Virus record (IMG/VR): IMGVR_UViG_3300031993_000004
Coordinates: 160,001-224,000 of that record
DNA from: a virus
Lineage: Duplodnaviria > Caudoviricetes
Reading direction: 5' to 3' (one strand)
DNA length: 64,000 bases
Shown here: one piece after another, positions 37,265 to 46,777 of the stretch
Position numbering within the stretch: the stretch's first letter is position 1
Layout of the letters: every line of letters begins with the position of its first letter
Notes under the pieces: generated by a model
The model's database searches: none
Told to the model about the DNA's origin: nothing
Seen by the model: the letters and a program-made list of their open reading frames with translations, nothing else
Made by a program: the position numbers and the translations under genes

Positions 37265-38212
37265 ATGAACGAACACAATTGCAAACCAACAGTTGACTTT
37301 CCGCTCAGATTTGATCTGCTTGTGAACCAGCACGTGTCTGTTCGAGAAGTGATCGAATATTTTGCTTCGATGGCTTCCAAGTATCAGGTCAATATCACTG
37401 TGCGTGATACATCTCTTTTGGCAAAAGAACAGAAGATCGGTCCGTATACACTTCGCAATGATGTGACGAATCACGACATCAGCAAACTCATCGATGAAAT
37501 GGCGCATAATGCAGAGAAGAATAACATCCCATGGCCGCCATTGAACAATTTTTATGCATACGGAAATGAAAACGTATGCAAAGGAGATTGCGGACAATGC
37601 AATGTCCCTGCATCCGAATGCGACGGTGGCAGCGATGAAGCATCCGATGATACGGAAGAGTCACCAAAAACATATAACCGCGATTCGGTACCATCCAAAT
37701 GTGGCAAATGTATGTGCAGAACATGTGAGCTTGCGCGCAAATCATATGAAAACTGCCAGGCTCGTGGATATACATGTGATGTATGCAGAAACACAACTGC
37801 TGTACCTGTTGGTACAGATGGTAACACATGCACATTCTACAAAAACTATTTTCCTGTCATGAAGGAATTCCAAAAAGCAATTGACGATGCTCTGAAGAAG
37901 TGTCATGACAGCATGAAGGATGACCCGCGAAGTGTGGGAGCAGTAGTATCGGCTGGTGGAACTGAAGGCAAACTGCTTGTAACATTAATGGTCAGCGGAC
38001 GTGCACAGTTCGCACTTGAGTTGTTGTACCGTCATCGACTCGGCAAATGGGAGTATGTCATCCCTCGCAGCAAGAAGATCCACAACGTGTTTAATGTCGA
38101 CACGTCATTGGCAGAGCTTGTCAATGACTTGATCAGATTTGGCGAGTCTGTTACTAAGGTCCCATATGATACGTTCCTGTCCGAATGCAAATACAAAGGT
38201 ATCGACAATTGA
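37265..38212 (+). CDS. Cys-rich hypothetical protein
   Basis: CxxxCxxCxxxxxxC and CxxCxCxxC...C...CxxC...C clusters; RBS GGAGG. Confidence 0.75.
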   Translation: MNEHNCKPTVDFPLRFDLLVNQHVSVREVIEYFASMASKYQVNITVRDTSLLAKEQKIGPYTLRNDVTNHDISKLIDEMAHNAEKNNIPWPPLNNFYAYGNENVCKGDCGQCNVPASECDGGSDEASDDTEESPKTYNRDSVPSKCGKCMCRTCELARKSYENCQARGYTCDVCRNTTAVPVGTDGNTCTFYKNYFPVMKEFQKAIDDALKKCHDSMKDDPRSVGAVVSAGGTEGKLLVTLMVSGRAQFALELLYRHRLGKWEYVIPRSKKIHNVFNVDTSLAELVNDLIRFGESVTKVPYDTFLSECKYKGIDN

Positions 38213-38226
38213 AGGAGGAAATACCC

Positions 38227-39096
38227 ATGATGAAAGAAGCTTATAAGATCTTATTCCATATCGTTGACAATGTATCCCTGGTCCATGACATGTTCAATGG
38301 ATATGCGGCTCGTCTCGTAAAGATGATTAAAAACATCGATCACGAACCGTTCTGCAGCAGAGATCTCCCGAGAATCGACATGACTGATATTCGTGTCAAG
38401 TTCGCGGAAAGCGATATCGGCCGGCTTGAAGAATCTGATCGGTTCATCGGAGATAGTTCGACTGTCACAATTTCAATCAAAGTTGATGGCACATGGTACA
38501 AGTATTACATGTTTGATCTCCGCACGTTCTGTCCGTATGAGAATGATATTCGGTGCGAAATGACTGTCAGCTATAACAGTAAAATCTATGAGCAGGTTTC
38601 TGCAAGATGTGGAGACAGCTCGACATCATTCCCCGACATTTGTCTGTTCACATCGTTCATGAGAACAAATATCGAGAAATATTTCTATGCGACTTATACG
38701 ATCGCGTATGATAGCCGTATGGATTCATTGGCTCGATTCAGAATGGAATCATTCGAGTACCTCGACAGAAAGATCTTCAAAGATTATAAAGAGAATTCTG
38801 AAGAATTGAGATATTTCGGTTATGAAAAGCTCCCATCTGAAATCACAAGGGATCCCAACGGCATTATCATGTTCGAAGATATCCGGTACAACTTCAGATC
38901 CAAAGGACACATCGTATACGGCATTGTTGCAAGGCATATTAAGTCGAGTGACACGCTTATGTTCGTCGAACCGAAAACAAGCCTGAAAAACATTACGAAA
39001 ATTCCGACTGATCTGAACCCGTATCAGACGGATATCATCAAAGGCTTCGTTTCTATCTGCGACAAATATGCAAAACAGAGCGCAAATGCCAACTGA
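38227..39096 (+). CDS. Hypothetical protein
   Basis: RBS AAGGAGG before ATG 38227. Confidence 0.75.
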   Translation: MMKEAYKILFHIVDNVSLVHDMFNGYAARLVKMIKNIDHEPFCSRDLPRIDMTDIRVKFAESDIGRLEESDRFIGDSSTVTISIKVDGTWYKYYMFDLRTFCPYENDIRCEMTVSYNSKIYEQVSARCGDSSTSFPDICLFTSFMRTNIEKYFYATYTIAYDSRMDSLARFRMESFEYLDRKIFKDYKENSEELRYFGYEKLPSEITRDPNGIIMFEDIRYNFRSKGHIVYGIVARHIKSSDTLMFVEPKTSLKNITKIPTDLNPYQTDIIKGFVSICDKYAKQSANAN

Positions 39097-39118
39097 TATT
39101 TTCATGCGCATGAAAATA
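39097..39118. repeat. Perfect 22-bp palindrome
   Basis: TATTTTCATGCGCATGAAAATA equals its own reverse complement. Confidence 0.9.
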
Positions 39119-39122
39119 CACG

Positions 39123-39158
39123 AAATACGCGGGGTGTTTACCCCGCGTATTTTTTTTA
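39123..39158 (+). terminator. Intrinsic terminator
   Basis: AAATACGCGGGGT-GTTT-ACCCCGCGTATTT followed by more T. Confidence 0.9.
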
Positions 39159-39205
39159 CTCCGAGATAAGGTCGAAAGGCCTAATACTATCGAGGAGATG
39201 ATAAT

Positions 39206-40162
39206 ATGGCAATCAAGGAGTTTGTCCCGAGACTGCAAAGACCTGAGGCTGGGAATAAGTTTTACATTACGAAAGGCGCAGGAGGATATTCCAACGCAAT
39301 TAAGGGAAAACCGACTGATTCAAAGTGCGACGTTCTGTCAAACTGTGTCGGCTATGCAGATGGTCGAGGAAATGAAATCAATAATGACCCGACAATGTCA
39401 TTCCTCAAACCGGTGAATGCTGAACGGTTCTATGACGTTGCAATCGAACAAGGTCATACTATCGAACAAACCCCATCTCTGGGCGCGATAATGGTATGGC
39501 AGAAAGGTCCGACACGTGAACCAACAGGAAAGGATGGTGCCGGCCACGTTGCTGTCGTCGAACAGATCATCAATGAAAACGAGGTCATCACATCAGAATC
39601 TGGTTACAACTGCCAGAATCCGTTCTGGACACAGACCAGAAAGAAGGGTGAAGGTAACTGGGGCGCTGGACCTGATTACAAATTCCTCGGATTCATTCGG
39701 AACCCTGCGATCTCGGCGTCTACAAAACCTGTCAACGATACAACAAAGGTCGACGAGCCTTATCTCGTCAGACTTGAGAAGGGTACTGGTATTTATTCCA
39801 TAACCGGCGTTGTCGTTGTTCAGACTGGCACGATCACGGTATCTACAAAGTATACCATCGTCGAAGAACTTACGGTCAAAGATACGAAATATGGTAAACT
39901 GAAGTCTGGGGCAGGATGGGTTGTTCTTGCCAAGCTGGAGGTGCCCGTATCTGCGACTGTTATGCGTGAAGGAGACTCTGGTGTAGACGTGCTCAAACTG
40001 CAAAAGAAACTGATTGAGCTCGGATACCTGTGTCCCGATTGTGCAACGTCGAAGTACGACACATTTACGTTGTGTGCTGTCACAGGTTATCAGCTTAAGA
40101 CAGGTCTGCTTGTTGACGGCGTATGCGGTCCGGCAACGCAAAAATCTTTGAATCTGAACTAA
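39206..40162 (+). CDS. Endolysin: CHAP amidase/endopeptidase + SH3-like + peptidoglycan-binding domain
   Basis: SNCVGYA (catalytic Cys), GAIMVW, AGHVAVVE (His), SESGY; YGKLKSGAGWV (SH3b-like); GDSGVDVLKLQKKL...LLVDGVCGPAT (PG_binding_1). Confidence 0.9.
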   Translation: MAIKEFVPRLQRPEAGNKFYITKGAGGYSNAIKGKPTDSKCDVLSNCVGYADGRGNEINNDPTMSFLKPVNAERFYDVAIEQGHTIEQTPSLGAIMVWQKGPTREPTGKDGAGHVAVVEQIINENEVITSESGYNCQNPFWTQTRKKGEGNWGAGPDYKFLGFIRNPAISASTKPVNDTTKVDEPYLVRLEKGTGIYSITGVVVVQTGTITVSTKYTIVEELTVKDTKYGKLKSGAGWVVLAKLEVPVSATVMREGDSGVDVLKLQKKLIELGYLCPDCATSKYDTFTLCAVTGYQLKTGLLVDGVCGPATQKSLNLN

Positions 40163-40169
40163 GAAAATG

Positions 40170-40197
40170 GATGATGGGGGCGAAAGCCCCCATCGTT
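40170..40197. terminator. Bidirectional hairpin terminator
   Basis: GATGATGGGGGC-GAAA-GCCCCCATCGTT between convergent genes. Confidence 0.8.
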
Positions 40198-40201
40198 TCC
40201 A

Positions 40202-43200
40202 TTATAGATACATTTTGACAAGTTCGCGGATATACATGTCATCTTCTTCAGTAAATTGATATTCATCGTCATCTTCGCCGAAGAAATAATCAAGATACTC
40301 CGGAAGTTCATCCGCAATCTGATGTGCCAATGTTGAGATTGTACCAGATTGCACATTCAGATCAGCATTCATAAACTCACCCATGTATGGGGCGAACCTA
40401 TCCAATCCGTTTGTAAACGTGCAATTATTGACAATATACGCTTGTTGTTCTTGTGGTATCAACGCATCGTCGAATATCTGCATGTTTGGCGTTTCTTCGA
40501 AAGATGGAATAATCATTGGACCCGTTGGTTCTTCATACGGGATTTCTTCAGTCAGATCAGGCATGATGAAATCATCACCATATCCACCGAACATAGAAGG
40601 ATCTTGCATGAATTCAATCATCGGGTCTTCATAATATGTCTCCACCGTGTCGAACGCTGTCGGAATATACTCTTCATCACCAGATCCAGTGAATCTCCAA
40701 ATCTTCCTCATACGGTTGTATGCTGAGTTCGGAACCCATGGAATGTTTGTTTTGCCAGACAGATACGCAACTGCCGCTGCAGGAGATTGACTCAATCCGG
40801 CACCACCATCAAATCCCTTCGGGGACGTTTGTAGATCAACAATTGGCATTGTGACATGGCCGTCATTCTTACCAGTTCCAGTATTTGGAAGCGCAAGAAT
40901 ATCACCACGTTGCAATTTCGATTGTGAGTAATCCAAAACAGTCCAATCCTTCGACGGACTCTTTGCTGATGCGGAATCAAAGATCAATGTATTTCTAGAC
41001 TGGTTGCCAAGTTCGATTGAACGAAGTCCTTCGTCGCCGGTTGCAGAACCATCTGGATGACGGAGTGTATATCCAAGCTCCTGAATACCTGCGGAGATTG
41101 TACCAGAACAGTCTGGACGAATCTTACGGGTCTTTCCGGAACGTGTTGTGATTGGGTTTGGCCACAGTGAGCACTGGTAAGTCAACGATGGGTTCGTCTT
41201 CTGATATGCTTCGAAGATCTCTGCAACAGAACGAATCAAACGTTCCTTACCCTTCACATTGCTCTTTGTCTTTGTATTTGTCTTTTTAGAGCTTGATGTC
41301 TTTTTCTTGTTTGTCGATGATGTCGTGGTTCTACGAGTATTATTCGAAGACTTTGAATCGCCTCCAACATAACGAACTATGTTCCATGCACCAGCACCAC
41401 CTGAAAATGCTCCAGAACCCATTGCAGAACGCCACGGAACACTGGTTTTTCCATCCAAATATGCTCGTGCCGCGATTGCAGATTGTCTGATGTTCTCTGT
41501 ACCACCAGCATCGAAACCGCTCGGGAATGCTGCAGACAGATTTGTCACAGGGAAGGATGCGTGATATTTGTTACCGGTGATATCTCCAGGTTGGAGATTA
41601 TTTCCAGTAAACTTAAGCAACTTCCAGTCCTTTGAAACAGAACCGTCTGGGTCATGAATGAAGTTCAAATTACCATTCATACCGGTGACATTGTAATGCG
41701 TCGATGATGGTGGGTAATCAAGCTGATAACCCATTGCTGTCATGGCTGCACCCAACATACCAGAACAGTCTGGACGTGCTTTTACAGTACGACCATCACG
41801 GATCTTGAACGTATGCGTGTTCGAATTATCATAATATTTGTCGCCATTGTAATAGTAACCTTCGAACATCATCGCAACAGTTCTGATCCAATCTTCATTT
41901 GAACCACCAATATTCGAATAGTTCGAAGAAGAAGAACTGCTTGACTTCTTTCTGATCTTACGACGTGCTTTTGTTTTTGGACCGACATAACGAATCCAAT
42001 ACGACATTGGAGGTGCGATTGCACCGGCTTGATCTGTCCATTGATGGTCATTGAACCATTTGCCAGGGACCGGATTCAGTCTCGTGTTTGTTGGGAACGA
42101 TCCGTGTGACAGGTAATATTCACCAAGCTTCACAGAGTTCGCAAGTGAATCATCAGCACCACCATTGAAACCAAACCAGTTACCATCCGCGCCTTGGTAT
42201 GCGCCCATGTGGCCGTGGATACATCCACCAATACCGCCAAATGTAATATCGCCGGCTTGTGGATTACCAACACCCATGATCCAGTCTTCAGAAACTTTTC
42301 CGTTTCGATCGAAGATATTCGGATGTCCATCTGTTGATTGGAGACCCCATGAGATTGCACTATGTCCACCTGACGTTGCAGTCATCTGGTCATTACCCTG
42401 ATAGGTATCCGTGTATCCACTGCCTGGGAGATAATAACCCATACGTTTTACGATTGCTGCCATCATAGATGTACAGTGTGTCGGTGAAATCTTATCAATC
42501 ACCATACCGTCATCAAATGTCAAGTTGAACACACTGGTGCCGTTCCAATGAAGATCGCCGCCGGCAGCTTTCTTTGCAGCAACAAAGACTTCGGATGCAG
42601 CTTTGAAGATATCACCCGTACCACCTTCGTAGTAGTATTCATCTTCATACTCATCATCATGCGAACTTCTCGCAGCATTTACAAACTTCGCAAAAGCTTC
42701 CAATACTGAACCGGAATCAATCGACTTATCATAACTTTCCATGAAATCTGTAAGGCTACTGCCATTCTCGTCTTTTCCGTACAGCGTTTCATTGATTAAA
42801 TTAAGCGCTTTTTCCTTTGTACCATCAGCAACTTCTTTCACCTTTTCGGTTACAATTTCTGCCGCCGCGGCTGCCCAGTATTTCGCTTTGTTCTTTTCAT
42901 AACGCTTGCGATAATCTTCATCGCTTTCGCCATAAAGCTTCTCATTGTTGATTGTCGACTTGAACATTTCAAATGCACGGTCATCGATCTTCGAACGTTC
43001 TTCATCTGACAAATCCGCCGTATCCATTTGCGCTTTGGCATACGCATTCTTATCAGATTCAGATGCAAGTCTAGTCTCCACGTCAGCTTGATCAGGATCA
43101 AATAACGTGAAAATACCAGAAGCAAGCGATTTCAACGATGACAATGCATCCAACACATTGTCGTCAAATTTGTATGGTACATCATCGCCGGAACCATACA

Positions 43201-46200
43201 GTCCATCCATTGGTGAACCATTCAAAACATCAACCGTAGATTGTTTTGTCGCTTTTGTCAATTCTTTTGCGGTTTCACTGTTCTTGTTTGTCCCCAACAA
43301 ATTATTCAGGCTGTCTTTCGCAAGCTGTACACTCTTCAGGAATCCTGACTTGACATTGTCTATACCCGATGTGAACAATTCTTTTCCGGTTTCAACAATC
43401 TTCTTGGATGCATTATACAATCCGGGTGCACCAAAGAGTTTTGCGATTGCACCCCATCCTTGCAATGAATGTCCAAGAACAGTTAAGATTGCGCCGAAGC
43501 CAACTTGCAAGATACCGGTTATGATTTGCATAGAATTACCGATGCTTTGAAGAATCGGTACAAGTACTGTCTTCATGACCGCAGTTATTGGCACAAGCAA
43601 TACATCAAGCAAATCTGTTATCATCTTCAGGATTGGCTCCAGTATTTCCATCATCTGTTCAAGGAGTGGACCGATCAATTCCAAGAGCGGTTTCAATCCT
43701 TCGATAATGGAAATAACAATTTGTGAGAGATTGTCAACGAGCTCACGAAGAACTTTTTGCAATGTGAGCATCACAGGTTTGATCGCTTTATATAATGACT
43801 GGAAAGCTTTATTCAGTGGCTTTAACGAGTTCTTGAGTACATTGTGCAGTAGACTCGTGATCTTCTGGACAGCTTTCAACGACATAATTGTCGTCATAAC
43901 TGCTTGCATGATTCCTGTCAAAATACTGAGCATACCACCCAGCACTTTTCCGAAATCATACATTTTCGAATGATTTGCTTTCCGCTTTTGTTTTTCTGCT
44001 TCACGCCGCTGTCTAGCTTCTTCAGCTTTTTGTTTATCGGAATATGTCTCAAACCAGTCTTTGGCTTTCTCTGTTATGTCATCCATGATGTCAAAGAATC
44101 GATTGAAGATAGAGCCCAATGGGGAAGGACTGCTCAACAATTGATCGATTGCGTTTGTCGATTGATCAGACAATGATGCGGGTTTGATTTTTGATTTTTC
44201 TTTCTGCTGTTTCTTAAACGCGTCCAGAACACCTTTACCAAACTCGCTCTTTCCAATCTTATCTTTGAGCTTTCCACCAAATGACGCAATCTTCTGCATG
44301 GGAGCAGAGTTCTTGATCGTGTCTTTCAACTCACCCCAGATGTCGACATTACTTTCGGTTTTCTTTTTTGGTGCTTCATTAATTTCTGTCAATTGATTTT
44401 GCAATCGTTTCATGCGGATATTTTGTTTTGCACGTTTGACAATGCCTGGTGATTCGGATGATCCAGCGAGACCTTCTACAATTGATTTCGCACCACCAGC
44501 AATCTTCTCACCAGAAGATTTGAACATTGATCCGATAAACTTGGTAACACCATTATTCAGAAACAGTTTTGCACCAGAGAGCACAGTCGTAACAAAGCCT
44601 TTGATTGCGGATAGGCCAAAAAGAAGAACTCTTCCAAGAAGAGACTTCTTCTTGTCTTTCTTCGCATTTCGATCCATCGAACCTGTAAAAATCGTTTTGA
44701 TACGATTCTTAATACCGCCTTCTTTCATTGGGTTAAGCGCCGAAAAAATAGACGATGGATTCGTAGATCCTAATTTAGACTCAGCCATCAACACGGATGA
44801 TGATTCGGAGAGTTGTTCCTCGTCTTCACCAGTTGTCCTGATTTGTTCGAATGGTTGGAATTGCGATGGATCCGGAGGTATGATTTCCTCTTCATCATCG
44901 GGTTCATCAACGGGTTCTTCATGCGGTTTCATGACATTTTGTGATACACGCCGCATTCCGAGCTCTTTATATTCTTTTTTGTTGTTTAAGAATTTAACGT
45001 TGATACCGTCATTCAAACGTTCAAAGATCTTTTTGAGAATCTCCAGTTTGATATCTTGTTGACCAAGCAGAAGATGCGCCATTGATTCCGTTGCTGAATC
45101 TTCAATCGTGTCGTTCAAATCAGCAAATGTCGTGATGGGTTTGTCAAGATCTTTCAACTTTTCAGGAGAAAGTGTACTTTTACTGATGATTTTCTGATTG
45201 ATCAGATATCGTAATGTTTTACCTTCGAATTCAAATTCGTCTGAGCTATGGCCGAGACGGGCCATCGTACGCTCGTAAAACATTTTATTGTCGAATACTG
45301 TATCAGTGACCTTATTGGATTCAAACACATTTTTCTTCGCTGCGTTATCAAGCATATACAATGCTTTATTGACAGACGCCGCGAAATTGGACCGAAACTG
45401 TTTATTGGAAATCAGTCTAGATGTAATAATGAACACAATACGTCGCCAATACGTGATGTCATGTCCTTTTGCTTTTGCAAATAACCGAACTGCGCGTTCG
45501 TTTACAACATGATTTCCACCCAGCTCAAAATACTTTGGGCTAATATGGTTGGTTGCTTCGTTACTTGAATACAAATGATACACATATTGCGAAACAAGTG
45601 TACGAAGCAATTCTTTTGCATCAGCAGACGACAACTTCGGATCAACAGATTTTGCAAATGAAACAACATCTGAGATTTGCCGATCAGATATTGCAGATAT
45701 ATTGAATGTAACGTCGATTGATTTTGCAAACTGATTGTCAACCTTTGCAGTTGTCAGACTTCCAGTGTTGGTGACATTGTATCTCTTTCCAGTCACGAAT
45801 GCCGTAATCTGTTTCAGATAATCAGGAATGATGTTAACAATGGATTTGCGCGTCATGTTGTCAAATATCGCCGCGTCTTTATTGAAATCGAGCGCGATAT
45901 ATTTTGAATAATCAATATTCTTTTCAAGTCTATCTCGGAAATGTTCCTTGATGAAAGGAATATCGAATATTTTTGACAACAGGTTATGCTGGAAAGATTG
46001 AACTCGCTCGTTTAATGCTGTATCAAGGTGCGTTAATCCGGTGAAATCCATCAAAACTTCAGAGAATGTTTTTGCGACTTTCGTGCTATTCTCATTGACA
46101 AAGTTTGTGATAGAACCGGCCGTCAGAAATCCTTTCTCAGAATGTATCTGAGCACGACTCTCTTTACGGATTTGCTCACGAATCTTTGATTGTCCATCAA

Positions 46201-46705
46201 GGAACAAATCAAGTTTTTTCGCAATCGTCAACGTAGAGGATTCGATTTTGCGCAAACTCGCAATTGCTTCAGATGATCTATCATTTATCGTCGTGATGAT
46301 TTCAGACGCAGTGTATAATTTAGACTCGATCTGTTTGGATGCAATCTTATATATTTCACGATTCTGTGAACGCATCAGTTCTCGCATATTATCAAAATCG
46401 AGAAGCGTTGACGGGGAATCGTTTGATGATTCATCTTCAAAACGGAAGCCTGCATCGAATTCATCGTCTGCATCATCCAAGAAAACAGACCGATCATCAG
46501 TATCTTCAGTATGTTGTTCGAACCAACGGAATATGGAACGAATATGTCGATTGTTTCTTTTTAATTCAGAAACGCGAACAGTTGTTGACTGATACGTATC
46601 CATGATGGTTGTTTTGATTTCAGCCGCATCTTTTTGTATACCACGGATGGTGTTGTACAATGACGAACGCGACATGATGTCATCGAACAACTGATTCATA
46701 TTCAT
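40202..46705 (-). CDS. Giant tape-measure-like virion protein with three tandem NlpC/P60-like (Cys-His) hydrolase domains
   Basis: Amphipathic repeats (LKPLLELIGPLLEQMMEILEPIL); HCTSMM...GHMG, DCSGML...YHAS and DCSGTI...GHVT motifs; paralog of 46778..54433. Confidence 0.75.
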   Translation of the reverse strand: MNMNQLFDDIMSRSSLYNTIRGIQKDAAEIKTTIMDTYQSTTVRVSELKRNNRHIRSIFRWFEQHTEDTDDRSVFLDDADDEFDAGFRFEDESSNDSPSTLLDFDNMRELMRSQNREIYKIASKQIESKLYTASEIITTINDRSSEAIASLRKIESSTLTIAKKLDLFLDGQSKIREQIRKESRAQIHSEKGFLTAGSITNFVNENSTKVAKTFSEVLMDFTGLTHLDTALNERVQSFQHNLLSKIFDIPFIKEHFRDRLEKNIDYSKYIALDFNKDAAIFDNMTRKSIVNIIPDYLKQITAFVTGKRYNVTNTGSLTTAKVDNQFAKSIDVTFNISAISDRQISDVVSFAKSVDPKLSSADAKELLRTLVSQYVYHLYSSNEATNHISPKYFELGGNHVVNERAVRLFAKAKGHDITYWRRIVFIITSRLISNKQFRSNFAASVNKALYMLDNAAKKNVFESNKVTDTVFDNKMFYERTMARLGHSSDEFEFEGKTLRYLINQKIISKSTLSPEKLKDLDKPITTFADLNDTIEDSATESMAHLLLGQQDIKLEILKKIFERLNDGINVKFLNNKKEYKELGMRRVSQNVMKPHEEPVDEPDDEEEIIPPDPSQFQPFEQIRTTGEDEEQLSESSSVLMAESKLGSTNPSSIFSALNPMKEGGIKNRIKTIFTGSMDRNAKKDKKKSLLGRVLLFGLSAIKGFVTTVLSGAKLFLNNGVTKFIGSMFKSSGEKIAGGAKSIVEGLAGSSESPGIVKRAKQNIRMKRLQNQLTEINEAPKKKTESNVDIWGELKDTIKNSAPMQKIASFGGKLKDKIGKSEFGKGVLDAFKKQQKEKSKIKPASLSDQSTNAIDQLLSSPSPLGSIFNRFFDIMDDITEKAKDWFETYSDKQKAEEARQRREAEKQKRKANHSKMYDFGKVLGGMLSILTGIMQAVMTTIMSLKAVQKITSLLHNVLKNSLKPLNKAFQSLYKAIKPVMLTLQKVLRELVDNLSQIVISIIEGLKPLLELIGPLLEQMMEILEPILKMITDLLDVLLVPITAVMKTVLVPILQSIGNSMQIITGILQVGFGAILTVLGHSLQGWGAIAKLFGAPGLYNASKKIVETGKELFTSGIDNVKSGFLKSVQLAKDSLNNLLGTNKNSETAKELTKATKQSTVDVLNGSPMDGLYGSGDDVPYKFDDNVLDALSSLKSLASGIFTLFDPDQADVETRLASESDKNAYAKAQMDTADLSDEERSKIDDRAFEMFKSTINNEKLYGESDEDYRKRYEKNKAKYWAAAAAEIVTEKVKEVADGTKEKALNLINETLYGKDENGSSLTDFMESYDKSIDSGSVLEAFAKFVNAARSSHDDEYEDEYYYEGGTGDIFKAASEVFVAAKKAAGGDLHWNGTSVFNLTFDDGMVIDKISPTHCTSMMAAIVKRMGYYLPGSGYTDTYQGNDQMTATSGGHSAISWGLQSTDGHPNIFDRNGKVSEDWIMGVGNPQAGDITFGGIGGCIHGHMGAYQGADGNWFGFNGGADDSLANSVKLGEYYLSHGSFPTNTRLNPVPGKWFNDHQWTDQAGAIAPPMSYWIRYVGPKTKARRKIRKKSSSSSSSNYSNIGGSNEDWIRTVAMMFEGYYYNGDKYYDNSNTHTFKIRDGRTVKARPDCSGMLGAAMTAMGYQLDYPPSSTHYNVTGMNGNLNFIHDPDGSVSKDWKLLKFTGNNLQPGDITGNKYHASFPVTNLSAAFPSGFDAGGTENIRQSAIAARAYLDGKTSVPWRSAMGSGAFSGGAGAWNIVRYVGGDSKSSNNTRRTTTSSTNKKKTSSSKKTNTKTKSNVKGKERLIRSVAEIFEAYQKTNPSLTYQCSLWPNPITTRSGKTRKIRPDCSGTISAGIQELGYTLRHPDGSATGDEGLRSIELGNQSRNTLIFDSASAKSPSKDWTVLDYSQSKLQRGDILALPNTGTGKNDGHVTMPIVDLQTSPKGFDGGAGLSQSPAAAVAYLSGKTNIPWVPNSAYNRMRKIWRFTGSGDEEYIPTAFDTVETYYEDPMIEFMQDPSMFGGYGDDFIMPDLTEEIPYEEPTGPMIIPSFEETPNMQIFDDALIPQEQQAYIVNNCTFTNGLDRFAPYMGEFMNADLNVQSGTISTLAHQIADELPEYLDYFFGEDDDEYQFTEEDDMYIRELVKMYL

Positions 46706-46730
46706 TCACTTCCTTTCAAATAAATTAACA

Positions 46731-46764
46731 GATGTGGAGGGCTCTTTCGAGCCCTTTCCACATC
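46731..46764 (-). terminator. Intergenic hairpin between the two giant paralogs
   Basis: GATGTGGA-GGGCTC-TTTC-GAGCCC-TT-TCCACATC. Confidence 0.65.
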
Positions 46765-46777
46765 CGTGTTATTCACA

